Assembly (NCBI RefSeq): GCF_002087085.1
Contig: NZ_MWQY01000006.1
Span: 124,001-188,000 of the forward strand
DNA length: 64,000 bases
Direction of reading: 5' to 3'
Below are positions 20,031 to 30,684 of the stretch, piece by piece (positions within the stretch are counted from its first letter, which is position 1; each line of letters starts with the position of its first letter). A program made the position numbers and the translations under genes. Below the pieces are notes generated by a model. The model searched no databases. It was given only the letters and a program-made list of their open reading frames with translations, and was not told the origin of the DNA.

Positions 20031-21254
20031 ATGGCATCAATCCGACCCTTTAAGGCCCTGCGGCCGCTGCCGGAGTATGCGGCAAAGCTGGCCAGCGTAC
20101 CCTACGATGTGGTATCCACCCGGGAGGCCCGCAGCCTTGCGGAGGGAAACCGATACAGCTTTCTGCACGTGGTACGCCCGGAGATAGATCTGCCTGATTC
20201 CGTGGATATCCACGACGATGCAGTCTACGAAAAGGCGGCGGAAAACTTCTCCGCCCTTAAAACAGAGGGTGTCCTTGTTCAGGAGAACGAGGCCTCCCTT
20301 TATATTTACCGCCTCGAAATGGACGGCAGGGAGCAGATCGGTATAGCCGGCTGCTGCCTCGTAGACGAGTATGATAACGACACCATCAAAAAACACGAGT
20401 TTACCCGAAAGGCCAAAGAGGACGATCGGGTCCGCCACATGCTGACCCTCAGGGCCCATGCAGGACCGGTGCTGTTAACCTATCGAAGGACAGAACCCCT
20501 CGCCCGTCTGCTGGAACAGGAGAGTTCCGGAACGCCTCTTTTTGATTTTACCGCCGTCGACGGCATCCGCCACACCATCTGGCGCTGTGAAAACCCGGCA
20601 CAGATCCAGGAGGCCTTTCGGGAGGTTCCATCCCTCTACATAGCCGACGGACACCACCGTGCCGCAGGGGCCAGCCGGGTAAAAGCCCATATGCTCGCAC
20701 AGGGAATATCAGCTGACGGATCGGAGGAGTTCAGCAGCTTTCTTACGGTTATTTTTCCGTCGGATCAGCTGAATATCTTTGCCTACAACAAGTATGTACG
20801 GGACCTGGGCGAGAAAACGCCCGGGGAACTTCTATCAGCCCTGAAAGCGGATTTTCTGGTTACTCCCGCCGGCGGAGGATACCCTGAAGCCAGGGGGGAG
20901 ATTCACATGTACCTGGAGAGCAGCTGGTACAGGCTGGCGTTCAAAAACCCGCAGACCGATTCTACAGATCCGGTCTCCGCCCTGGATCTCTCCCGCTTTG
21001 AAAAGCTTCTTCTTGAGCCCATCCTGGGCATCGAGGACCAGCGGAGTTCCCAGCGGATCGACTTTGAAGGGGGGATCGGAAGTCCGGAAAAGCTGGCTGA
21101 ACGGGTAGACCGGGAAGGGGGTACGGCTTTTACCTTTTATCCCGTCAGCGTCGAGGAGCTGATGCGGGTTTCCGACGCCGGAATGGTCATGCCTCCCAAG
21201 TCAACCTGGTTCGCCCCGAAGCTGCGTTCCGGGCTTCTTGTTCATGAGTTCTAA
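20031..21254 (+). CDS. DUF1015 family protein
   Basis: IRPFKALRP, PYDVV, IKKHEFT, YIADGHHR, MPPKSTWFAPKLRSGL. Confidence 0.9.
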   Translation: MASIRPFKALRPLPEYAAKLASVPYDVVSTREARSLAEGNRYSFLHVVRPEIDLPDSVDIHDDAVYEKAAENFSALKTEGVLVQENEASLYIYRLEMDGREQIGIAGCCLVDEYDNDTIKKHEFTRKAKEDDRVRHMLTLRAHAGPVLLTYRRTEPLARLLEQESSGTPLFDFTAVDGIRHTIWRCENPAQIQEAFREVPSLYIADGHHRAAGASRVKAHMLAQGISADGSEEFSSFLTVIFPSDQLNIFAYNKYVRDLGEKTPGELLSALKADFLVTPAGGGYPEARGEIHMYLESSWYRLAFKNPQTDSTDPVSALDLSRFEKLLLEPILGIEDQRSSQRIDFEGGIGSPEKLAERVDREGGTAFTFYPVSVEELMRVSDAGMVMPPKSTWFAPKLRSGLLVHEF

Positions 21255-21273
21255 AAACAGAAGGAGAAAAAAG

Positions 21274-22356
21274 ATGAGAAAATACAACTTTTACGCCGGC
21301 CCCTCGACCCTTCCCGTGGAGGTTCTGGAGGAGCTGAAAGAAGAGATAGCCGACTACCACGGAGAAGGCCTCTCGATGATAGAGACCAGTCACCGCAGCC
21401 CCATGTACGACAGGGTCCATGAAGAGACCATCGAGCTTTTTCACGAACTCATGGGAATCCCGGTAAACTACAAGGTTCTCTTCATAGGCGGCGGTGCCAC
21501 CCTGCAGTTCGGTATGGTCCCCATGAACCTGCTGAAACCCGGGACCGTCGGGGAATATGTAAAGAGCGGCAGCTGGGCGGGGAAGGCGATAAGCGATGCA
21601 CGAACCATAGGTCAGGTACGAATACTCTGGGACGGGAAGGATTCAGGCTACACAGCCCTGCCGGACCCCGTATCCCTGAAACCGGGAAATGACGCTGCCT
21701 ATCTCCATCTGACCTCCAACGAAACCATCGGCGGAGTCCAGTGGAAGGCTTTCCCTAAAACCGGCGACATCCCGCTGGTGGCGGACATGTCTTCCGACAT
21801 CCTGAGCAGGACCTTCGATGTCAGGGACTTCGGACTCATCTACGCGGGAGCCCAGAAGAATATCGGCCCGGCAGGAGTTACCGTGGTAATTATCCGGGAT
21901 GACCTGGCCGCCGCATCCCCGGAAAACCTGCCGGCATACCTGCGATACAAAATCCACGCCGAAAAGAACTCCCTCTACAACACCCCGCCGGTTTTTGCGA
22001 TCTATGCGATAAACAAGGTGCTCAGGTGGCTCAAGGCACGGGGAGGAGTCGCGGGAATCGAAAAGCTCAACACACAGAAAGCGGAAGCCATCTACTCGGT
22101 TATCGACGGGAACCCCGGCTTCTACTCATCCCCGGTGGAAAAGAGCGTCAGGTCCCGGATGAACGTCGTGTTCAGGCTTCCCTCTGAGGAGCTGGAAAAA
22201 GAGTTTATTACCAGGGCAAAGGACAAGGGCATGCTGGGCCTCAAAGGCCACCGCGACGTCGGCGGCTGCAGGGCCTCCCTCTATAACGCCCTTCCCCTGG
22301 AGGGAGCCAGGGCTCTGGCCGACTTGATGAAGGACTTCGCCGCCGAAAAAGGCTAA
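21274..22356 (+). CDS. serC: Phosphoserine aminotransferase
   Basis: NFYAGPS, SHRS, NETIGG, DMSSD, AGAQKNIGPAG, NTPP, GHRDVGGCRASLYNA; SD AAGGAG. Confidence 0.96.
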   Translation: MRKYNFYAGPSTLPVEVLEELKEEIADYHGEGLSMIETSHRSPMYDRVHEETIELFHELMGIPVNYKVLFIGGGATLQFGMVPMNLLKPGTVGEYVKSGSWAGKAISDARTIGQVRILWDGKDSGYTALPDPVSLKPGNDAAYLHLTSNETIGGVQWKAFPKTGDIPLVADMSSDILSRTFDVRDFGLIYAGAQKNIGPAGVTVVIIRDDLAAASPENLPAYLRYKIHAEKNSLYNTPPVFAIYAINKVLRWLKARGGVAGIEKLNTQKAEAIYSVIDGNPGFYSSPVEKSVRSRMNVVFRLPSEELEKEFITRAKDKGMLGLKGHRDVGGCRASLYNALPLEGARALADLMKDFAAEKG

Positions 22357-22432
22357 GGGACGCCCGCCATTTGAATCCCGCCGTGATCATTAGTAGCTTG
22401 TATGTAGTACACGAAACAATCGGGAGGTTACT

Positions 22433-22777
22433 ATGTACGCTACTATTGATCGCGAAACCTTAAAAAAGAAACTCGACAATCACGAAGATATACATCTCAT
22501 AGAAGTTCTGGCGGAAAAGGAGTTCCAGCGTCTCCATATAAAGGGAGCCGAACATATCCAGTTCGGCGAAATCGGTAAAATCGCGAAGCAGCGCTTCAAA
22601 CCTGATGACGAAATCATCGTCTACTGTGCCGACAAGGCGTGCAAAGCCAGTCCCACGGCAGCGAAAAAGCTGGACACCATGGGTTTTACCAATGTGTATG
22701 ATTACGAAGAAGGTAAAAAGGACTGGGTAGAAGCAGGCTATCCTGTCGAGGGCAGGGAAGCGGGCGCACACGCCTAG
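22433..22777 (+). CDS. Rhodanese-like domain protein
   Basis: HIKGA, IIVYCADKAC, YEEGKKDWVEAG. Confidence 0.88.
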   Translation: MYATIDRETLKKKLDNHEDIHLIEVLAEKEFQRLHIKGAEHIQFGEIGKIAKQRFKPDDEIIVYCADKACKASPTAAKKLDTMGFTNVYDYEEGKKDWVEAGYPVEGREAGAHA

Positions 22778-22785
22778 GGGGAAAC

Positions 22786-25628
22786 ATGTATATACTGCTC
22801 TTTTCCCTCATCGTTGCCCTGGGCGCCGGGTCGATTTATCTCGGCATACTTAAACATAAGAAATTACCCGTCGTTACCGGATTGCTTATCCTGATTTCTC
22901 TGGCGGTCTTTATCTGGTTTATGGGATTCTGGGCGGAAAAACTCTGGTTTGAATCCCTGGGATATTCGGAACGCTTCTGGACCGAGTTTTTTGCACGCCT
23001 GGCGAGCGGAGGCTCGTTTCTGCTGTTCGGAGCACTCTTTATCCTTCTCTTCACCTTCTCCATACCGGGAATGGCGCGTACCGTCCGGCTCGTCCTCAGC
23101 GGATTCGGCGCCCTCCTCGGAGTCTTCATCGGTTCGACCCAATGGCAATCGGTGCTGCGATTTTTCAACAGAATAGACTCAGGGATAACTGATCCCCTGC
23201 TCAACATGGATGCATGGTTCTACCTGTTTACGCTGCCCTTTATCGATACAATTTACGGTTTTCTTATAAGCCTCGCTGTTATCAGCCTTATTGTGGGTAT
23301 TATTGCGAGTCTTCCCCGGGGAGCGCATTTCCTGCGGGGAGAATATGGTCAATTGCAGGACGAGACGGGTCCGGGATACGGCAGCGGGCTCATTATTGCC
23401 GCCGCTCTTTTTCTGCTGTTCCTTTCCGCAGGAAAAATACTGGGACGCTTTCACCTGATGTATGCCTACGGCGGTACGGTCAGCGGTCCCGGATGGACGG
23501 ACCACCATATACGGCTGCCGGCACTGCTGATCGCGGCTTTTACAGGAGGCGCCGGAGCTGTGCTGCTGATGATTCCGGCGTTTCGAAATCTCACGGGTAA
23601 ACTGTCGGCCAGGCTCGTGACAAAGCGTCTGCCCCGGGAGATTCACTCCGTTCTTGGATTGTATGGTGGGGTTGCGGTTCTGTGGTTCATGGCCCTTCTG
23701 CTTGCCCCATGGCTCGCCCAGTCTCTGCTGGTCGCCCCGAATGAACTGACCTACGAAAGACCCTACATAGGGTATAACATCGAGTACACCAGGAAAGCCT
23801 TCAAGTTAGACGACATCCGGGAAGAGGAATATCCTGTAGGGGGTGACTTTACCCGTCGCACTGCGGAGGAGAACCGCGGTGTTATCGCCAATACCAGACT
23901 CTGGGACTGGCGGGCTCTGAGTTCCGTCTATCAGCAGTTCCAGGAGATACGTCTCTATTACGAATTCGGCGACATCGATGTAGACCGGTACATGATAAAC
24001 GGCCGCAGGCAGGCGGTAATGGTGGCGGCCCGTGAAATGGAGACCTCGAATCTCCCCGCGGACAGCCGGAACTTCGTGAATACCCGTTTCAAATACACCC
24101 ATGGTTACGGGATAGCCATGAACAATGTCAACGAATTCACCTCCTCGGGACTGCCTGAACTGCTGATCCGGGATATACCGCCTCAAAGCGATATCGCGTC
24201 ACTGCGGGTCGAACGCCCGGAAATCTACTACAGCGAACGCAGCGATTCCCACGTGGTGGTGAACAGCAGTGAAGAGGAGTTCGATTACCCCGAAGGGGAC
24301 AGCAACAGGTACGTCCATTACGAGGGAGACGGTGGAGTCCGGATCAGCAGCCTTTTCCGGAAATTCATTTTCGGGTACCTTTTCGACGGCACCAGTTTCC
24401 TGCTTTCGAGCTATCCCACCGCCGAAAGCCGTATCATGTTTCATCGCAATATACGCGACCGGGTCATGAATCTGGCCCCCTTTCTGGAACTCGACGGTGA
24501 TCCGTATATCGTTCTGGTGAACGGTGAACTGCGCTGGATTATCGATGCCTATACGACAGCTGACTCCTACCCCTACAGTGATCATTTTGTCGATGATCCC
24601 TTCAATCCGGAAAGCGAAGGACCACGGACCAATTTGACGGAAAGCCTTTCAGGTCTTCCGCGGGGCACAAACTATATCCGCAACTCCATCAAAGGGGTTG
24701 TCAATCCCTACAACGGGGACGTTGATTTTTAAGTATACGATAGCGAAGACCCCATTATACGGGTCTGGCAGAGGATATATCCGGAACTCTTCAAAGAAAA
24801 AAACGAGATGCCGGAGGAGCTCCGACAGCATGTCCGCTATCCCGCGGATTTCCTGCAGGTACAGGGAGCGGTATATGCCCGGTATCATATGCGGAACCCT
24901 GAAGTCTTCTACAATCAGGAGGACCTCTGGGTCAGAGCCACGGAGAAGTATTATGATTCCGTCCAGCCCGTCGAACCATACTACATAATGTGGGAGCGAC
25001 CGGGTTCGGATGAACCTGAGTTCATACTGATGCTGCCCTATACACCGAAAAGCAAGCAGGTGCTGATCGGCTGGATCGCCGGGGTCAGCGATCCGGAGAA
25101 CTACGGCGATTCATCGCCTACCGGTTCCCCAAGGAACAACGTATACTCGGACCCCAGCAGATGGAAACGAAGATTGACCAGGACAGCTTCCTTTCCGGGC
25201 AGCTCTCGCTCTGGAACCAGCGGGGTTCAAATGTCATTCGCGGCAATGTGCTGGTCCTGCCGTTAAACGGGACCCTGCTGTATGTGGAACCGATCTACCT
25301 GCAGTCGGAGACGGCGGCGTATCCCGAACTGCGAATGGTTGTACTCATGCATAAAGACACCATGGTCTACGCCGAAACCCTGGATTCAGCCCTGGAAAAA
25401 CTCTATGCCGCAGGATCGGAGGCAGAAGCAGAAACCGGGCAGTCGAAAACGGTAACAGCGACGGCATCAGGGGACGCTTCCGGGAAGGAGAAGCAGGAAC
25501 TGATTCGGCAGGCCGCCGAGGCTTTTGATGCCTATATTCAGAACACCGGCAGCAGCGACTTCGACGCCGCCGCGTCCGAACTCCGGAGACTGCAGAAACT
25601 TCTGAACGAACTCACCGCCCGGGATTGA
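22786..25628 (+). pseudogene. UPF0182 family membrane protein, disrupted
   Basis: UPF0182 motifs (DVDRY, YTHGYG, NYIRNSIK, RYP, VIRGN, LYVEPIYLQS); in-frame TAA at 24730-24732 and a 1-nt deletion near 25108. Confidence 0.85.
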
Positions 25629-25658
25629 GTACCTGCTGTACGGCCATCCGGCTGAGGG

Positions 25659-27068
25659 TCACGCTGCGCCTTCGCCAATACCGAAGAAGCAGAGATAGGT
25701 TCCGTCATTAATCAGTCTCTGCAGATAGACCGCCAGCTCCATCAGGTGGTAATCCCCCCACATGCAGGATTCGCCCCGGGGAACACCGGGGCTGTCCGGC
25801 TCGTGGTCCCAGCCGTTCGGCCTGTGATATACAGCGTGAAGCAGCAGTCCCTGATGATCCCTGTCTTTTGAAAGATAGGGATACCGGAAGAGGGAGCGCG
25901 CAACGGTCAGGCCTGTTTTTACATAGCGTGTTCCTGCTTCGGAATCACCTGAAGAGTCAAGCAGGCGACCAAGCCGCAGCAGGCCCTGGGCGGAAATCGC
26001 TGCTGCGGAACTGTCCACCGGTTCATGGGAATTGAAAGGGTCTGCAGCCTGGTCTCGATACCCCGGCATCTTTGCGAGTCCCGGAGCGCCTGTGTCCCAG
26101 TAGGGGATACCGTCTGTGGGAGTCTCACTGATATAGAAATCCGCCACCGCGGCGGCACATTCCACACATCGGTTTACAACAGACTCTCTGTCGGGAAGCT
26201 GAGGAATCCCGCTTTTCGCTACATACTCATCGGAAAGTCCGGAAAAGAACTCCGCCAGTTCCGCGTAGCCGCAGAGTATCCAGGCCAGTCCCCGGGTCCA
26301 GGTGGAAAAAGGCGAGTACCCCTGCTGCGTCGAAGGACAGCGATAGCTGCCGTTACGGGTGTTGAAAATCGATTCATGAACCACCCTGCCCCGGAGGTCC
26401 CATATATCCCGGCCGCTTCCAAAGTAGACATTGTATCGGGCGGTTGTTTCGGCATGCTGAAGAAGCCTGGTCAGCAGGTCGACCTCCCTGTCCTGCTCCT
26501 CTTTCAGCCGCTGCCCCAGCAGATGCCCCAGAGCCAGAACCCGCAGGGAACGAAGGGTATCGGAAAAAAGGGAGTGGGGACCATTGAAGGAGTAGATATA
26601 ACCCAGGTCCTCTTCGACAGCCGTCCATCGTGAAGCCTGTACCGCCCCGGAAAGCCTGAGGGCCAGTTCATAATAACGACGTTCCCAGGGATTCTCCTCT
26701 ATTTTACCTTCAGCCATAAGCCGCAGGAGGTTGCCGTAGGTACTCACGTTATTGAACCCGTGATCATGAACCCCCGTGTGGCTTACATGGGGCGCCATAT
26801 GGTCGATGGTCCCCTTCCTGCCCAGATCCAGAAACTGCGGATCTCCGGAGGCATCAAACTGGTACAAAGCGTTGCCGAACATAAATCCCTGGGTCCAGTC
26901 CGTCCAGCCCCTGGAGGTATAACGCCCGCCCACGGTAAAGACCGGACTTCCCTGTGCGGGATTCCAGGTCTGAGCCAAACGGAGGATTTTATCCCCGGCG
27001 AGGTTAAAAAAAGCATCCACCCCGGAGGATAAATCCCGGGGTACAATCGAGCTGTCCACCTGTATCAT
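25659..27068 (-). CDS. Glycoside hydrolase family 88-like (unsaturated glucuronyl hydrolase-like)
   Basis: WTQGF, HDHGF, QQGYSPFSTWTRGLAW, PYWD, DSSAAAI, WGDY. Confidence 0.8.
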   Translation of the reverse strand: MIQVDSSIVPRDLSSGVDAFFNLAGDKILRLAQTWNPAQGSPVFTVGGRYTSRGWTDWTQGFMFGNALYQFDASGDPQFLDLGRKGTIDHMAPHVSHTGVHDHGFNNVSTYGNLLRLMAEGKIEENPWERRYYELALRLSGAVQASRWTAVEEDLGYIYSFNGPHSLFSDTLRSLRVLALGHLLGQRLKEEQDREVDLLTRLLQHAETTARYNVYFGSGRDIWDLRGRVVHESIFNTRNGSYRCPSTQQGYSPFSTWTRGLAWILCGYAELAEFFSGLSDEYVAKSGIPQLPDRESVVNRCVECAAAVADFYISETPTDGIPYWDTGAPGLAKMPGYRDQAADPFNSHEPVDSSAAAISAQGLLRLGRLLDSSGDSEAGTRYVKTGLTVARSLFRYPYLSKDRDHQGLLLHAVYHRPNGWDHEPDSPGVPRGESCMWGDYHLMELAVYLQRLINDGTYLCFFGIGEGAA

Positions 27069-27197
27069 TGCTGCAATCTCCCTTCCTTATTTGTCAGTAC
27101 TTCTGCCTTAATCAAAGTATAAACCCCGCAGGGCCTGAGTCAATTTCTTCCCGCTTCGGGAATTGCATCGAAACACCAATAATTCTATACTTCAGGC

Positions 27198-28052
27198 ATG
27201 AAACTTCGCATTTTGCTGTTAACAGCAGCATGTATACTGGGGCTCCAGACCCTGATTCAGGCGGAAACAGTTAAAATCGGGGTTTTTCCTTCCAACGAAC
27301 CGGCAAAACTGTACCAGGTAATGGAATATTTTGGGGACTATCTTTCGGAAAAGACCGGCGACGACATTTCCGTGATCGTCAGTCATGACTATACCGAACT
27401 GGGATTACGTTTCCGGGAGGGGTCCATCGATATTGCCTGGCTCAACACCCTTACCTATGTTCGCCTGAAGTCCGTCATACCCGGAATCCGCTACCTGGCA
27501 ACCTACATGGAACGCAATGAACGGACAGGAGAGATAATTCCCTATTACCGGTCGAATATCGTCAGCCTGAAGTCCTCGGGTTTCTCGTCCCTTGAGGACA
27601 TCAGGGACCGGCTTTTTGCCTTTACCGACCCCTCTTCCACCTCCGGCTACGCCTACCCCAATATGATGCTGAAACAGAGAGGTATTGATCCGGAAAGCTA
27701 TTTCAGGAAGGTGTTTTACCTCAGGCAGCATGACAGGGTAGTCGAAGCCCTGCGCCACGGCTCCATCGCGGCGGGGGCCATATCCGACGGTACCCTGTCT
27801 GCCGCCATTCGCAGATATGGAGATATCTTTACCGTACTTGCAGAATCGGACCCGATTCCCCTCGATGCGATTGTAAGCACGGAAGTCTTCCCTTCCGTAA
27901 AAATCAAGGCATACCGGGACGCCCTGCTTTCCATGCCCGGCGACCATCAATTCCTTCGTGCCATGAAGGAGACTCTCGGATGGAACGCCGCGGGGTTCGC
28001 AGTTCTTGACAATGCTTTCTACGACAGTGTCAGGGAGGCCTTGAAGCAATAG
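27198..28052 (+). CDS. PhnD/PtxB-like phosphate/phosphonate-binding periplasmic protein
   Basis: Signal peptide; YYRSNIV, FAFTDPSSTSGYAYP, HDRVV, SDPIPLDAIV. Confidence 0.85.
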   Translation: MKLRILLLTAACILGLQTLIQAETVKIGVFPSNEPAKLYQVMEYFGDYLSEKTGDDISVIVSHDYTELGLRFREGSIDIAWLNTLTYVRLKSVIPGIRYLATYMERNERTGEIIPYYRSNIVSLKSSGFSSLEDIRDRLFAFTDPSSTSGYAYPNMMLKQRGIDPESYFRKVFYLRQHDRVVEALRHGSIAAGAISDGTLSAAIRRYGDIFTVLAESDPIPLDAIVSTEVFPSVKIKAYRDALLSMPGDHQFLRAMKETLGWNAAGFAVLDNAFYDSVREALKQ

Positions 28053-28053
28053 G

Positions 28054-29547
28054 ATGTCTTTTCGACAAAACCTTTTTCTGCTTATTTTACTACCCTTCAC
28101 CCTTCTCACGGTACTTCAGATTGGCGGTCTGCAGCAGGTTATCAAACAGATCCGAAAGGCCAGGGAAAGCTACGAGGTTTCGGAGATTCAGACCGTCGCC
28201 TCAAGAATAGAGCTGATGCTTCGGATGATGCAGAATGCGGCGATCAATCTCTCCCGTCCCGAAGAGATCCGAAGGGCCCTTGAACGGGGAGACAACAACA
28301 CCCTCTACGACTGGAGTTCCTCCTTCTCCCAGAGCTTTGACACAATCATATTCAGCGATCAGGACGGCATTGTGGTCGCCAGGGCGCCGGATGAGTTCCG
28401 CTTCGGAGACTCGATAGCCGAACTCCCCTTTTTTACCGAGACCCCCATGGATGAGTGTTATCTTGGAATAGCGGAAATAGACGGGGTAAAGAGTATTGTC
28501 GTTTCCCGGCTTATCAAGAAATACAACGATATCGTGCTGGGTAACGTCACCATTACCATCGCCATAACACGGGAACGACTGGCCTCGCTGGTCCGGGACA
28601 CCAACGAGATACTGCTCAGTCATAAAAACTCCGAACCCGTCAGCTCGAACGAGGCAATCTCCCCTCAGGAGCATGCATATCGGGCGCTTCCCTTCACGGA
28701 AGAATACGCCCCGGTGCTCTCGGGTTTTCGCATAGCCTTCACCGATTACAGTACCTACATACGGCTTCTGGAACTGCAGAGGACCATGACCACCAGCAGC
28801 CTGCTTGCACTCATCATAACCCTGCTTGTTCTGTTTCTGCTGCTGCAGCGGGAGCTTCGTCCCTATTCCTGGATCACGCACTCCCTTATGGACTACGCAG
28901 AACAGAGAATTGATCTTGATGGGACCCGTGAACAGCTGGAAAGGATGCCGAAAAACAACAACCGCGATGCCGGCAGAATTGCCGGGGCCCTGCTGCGGAT
29001 GCTCGAGGCGGTCCAATCCAACCTGAGCCATATCGAGACTATCGCCCAGAAGGACTCCCTGACCGGACTTGCGAATCGTCGCAGTCTCGATTCGCTCCTT
29101 GCAGCGGAGATTGAAAAGGCCCTCCGTTATCGTACTCCCCTTTCGGTCATCCTTCTTGATATCGACCATTTCAAGGAGGTCAATGACAGCTACGGACACC
29201 AGAGCGGAGATACGGTACTCAAACGACTTGCCGCACTCCTTGAAACAAACAGCCGCTCCAGCGATCTGATCGGGCGATGGGGAGGTGAGGAGTTCATGAT
29301 AATATCTCCCGGATCCTCTGCGGAAAAAGCCAGGGTGTATGCGGAAAAACTGCGGGAACTCCTGGAGAAGCAGGAATATTCCGTACAAATACAGGCAACC
29401 GGAAGTTTCGGAATAGCCGAATACAACTTTGGGGAATCAGGTTCAAGCCTGATTGAACGGGCGGACAGGGCCCTCTACCGTGCAAAATCCGGCGGAAGAA
29501 ACAGGGTAGAGCTTGAGCCGCACAATCAGGCGGGAAAATCGGTATAA
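28054..29547 (+). CDS. Membrane sensor diguanylate cyclase
   Basis: 2 TM with a periplasmic domain; DSLTGLANRR, DIDHFKEVNDSYGHQSGD, I-site RSSD, GGEEF. Confidence 0.92.
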   Translation: MSFRQNLFLLILLPFTLLTVLQIGGLQQVIKQIRKARESYEVSEIQTVASRIELMLRMMQNAAINLSRPEEIRRALERGDNNTLYDWSSSFSQSFDTIIFSDQDGIVVARAPDEFRFGDSIAELPFFTETPMDECYLGIAEIDGVKSIVVSRLIKKYNDIVLGNVTITIAITRERLASLVRDTNEILLSHKNSEPVSSNEAISPQEHAYRALPFTEEYAPVLSGFRIAFTDYSTYIRLLELQRTMTTSSLLALIITLLVLFLLLQRELRPYSWITHSLMDYAEQRIDLDGTREQLERMPKNNNRDAGRIAGALLRMLEAVQSNLSHIETIAQKDSLTGLANRRSLDSLLAAEIEKALRYRTPLSVILLDIDHFKEVNDSYGHQSGDTVLKRLAALLETNSRSSDLIGRWGGEEFMIISPGSSAEKARVYAEKLRELLEKQEYSVQIQATGSFGIAEYNFGESGSSLIERADRALYRAKSGGRNRVELEPHNQAGKSV

Positions 29548-30581
29548 TCCAGCAGGGGTTTCCAGCGTGCATCCTCATGGCCGAGGTGTCTGGCAAAGGA
29601 GTCCACCAGGGATGAAACTACGCGATTTATCTCGCCGGCGGACATTCCCTCCAGGGACAGGACTCCTCCTGCGGACCTGTCGTGTCCCCCGGCGTTATCC
29701 TTTACCAGGGGCAGTTTTTTTATCAGGGCGCCGGCGTTCATCCGCTCGCTGGAAGTTCTGATGGACAGGATCAGGCTCTCCCTGAATATACCCGTGCAGA
29801 GGACGGAGCTGATTCGTTCATGCTTGAGAAAGAAATCCGCCATCTCCGCAATAATTTCGGGATGATAAATCCTCGTCAGATGGGTCGTAATGGTGTTGCG
29901 ATAAATCAGGGCATTATTCAGGGCCCTTCCAAGCTGCAGGAAATAGTAGTGCGGCAGATTGGGATTAACTATTTCACCGTACTTCCGAATACTCGCCTGG
30001 GTATAGACAGTCAGGTAGGCCTGGATATCTTCCGCGGAAGCCTCCCGGTGCATGCTCTGGGTCTCCGAATCGATGGCGTAGGCCAGGGCAGTTGCAATAT
30101 CTGCGGGGACATCGACCCCGGCAGTCTTCAGCAGTTCAACCAGGAGAGTGGCAGTTGCGCCGATCTCCGGATTAATAAGCACCAGGTCTCCAAGGGTATC
30201 CTTGCGCCGGGGGTGGTGATCGATCACGATGGTGCACCTGTCCCTGGCGCTCAGCACGTTGTTTCCCGCCCCGGGCTGTGAATCGATCAGGGCAATGGAA
30301 TCGTAGCGGGAAGGTTTTATACGATTGTACTGCTTAAGATGAATCCCGAGCTTTTTTACCATGGTGCGGTTTTCCGCCCTGGCAATAATACCGGAGTAGG
30401 CAATACTCGAACTGAGCTTGAATTTCTCTTTAAGAAGCAGCTGCAGCGCCGCCCCGGAGGCTATGGCATCGGGGTCCGGATGGGTGTGCAGAAGAATGAG
30501 AAGCTCCTCTTTACCCGCCAGAATATCCTCAAGGCGCTTGAGAACGGACTCCGCATTCCAGCTGTTCTTTCCACCTGGCAT
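29526..30581 (-). CDS. DHH/DHHA1 family phosphoesterase
   Basis: HTHPDPDAIAS, IDHH, GATAT, C-terminal AGGHDRSAGG. Confidence 0.88.
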   Translation of the reverse strand: MPGGKNSWNAESVLKRLEDILAGKEELLILLHTHPDPDAIASGAALQLLLKEKFKLSSSIAYSGIIARAENRTMVKKLGIHLKQYNRIKPSRYDSIALIDSQPGAGNNVLSARDRCTIVIDHHPRRKDTLGDLVLINPEIGATATLLVELLKTAGVDVPADIATALAYAIDSETQSMHREASAEDIQAYLTVYTQASIRKYGEIVNPNLPHYYFLQLGRALNNALIYRNTITTHLTRIYHPEIIAEMADFFLKHERISSVLCTGIFRESLILSIRTSSERMNAGALIKKLPLVKDNAGGHDRSAGGVLSLEGMSAGEINRVVSSLVDSFARHLGHEDARWKPLLDYTDFPA

Positions 30582-30684
30582 CAGGACTTTCCGGATCCGA
30601 TTATGAAAAACTTATAGCATGGGAACATCACTTCAAGTATACTATAGCAGACCCGAGAATGAAACCGGTGAGGAACAGAAAGAA

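Noticed and set aside
24730..24732. Possible programmed readthrough or Sec/Pyl recoding in UPF0182
   Set aside because: The codon is TAA rather than TGA/TAG, and a separate frameshift follows
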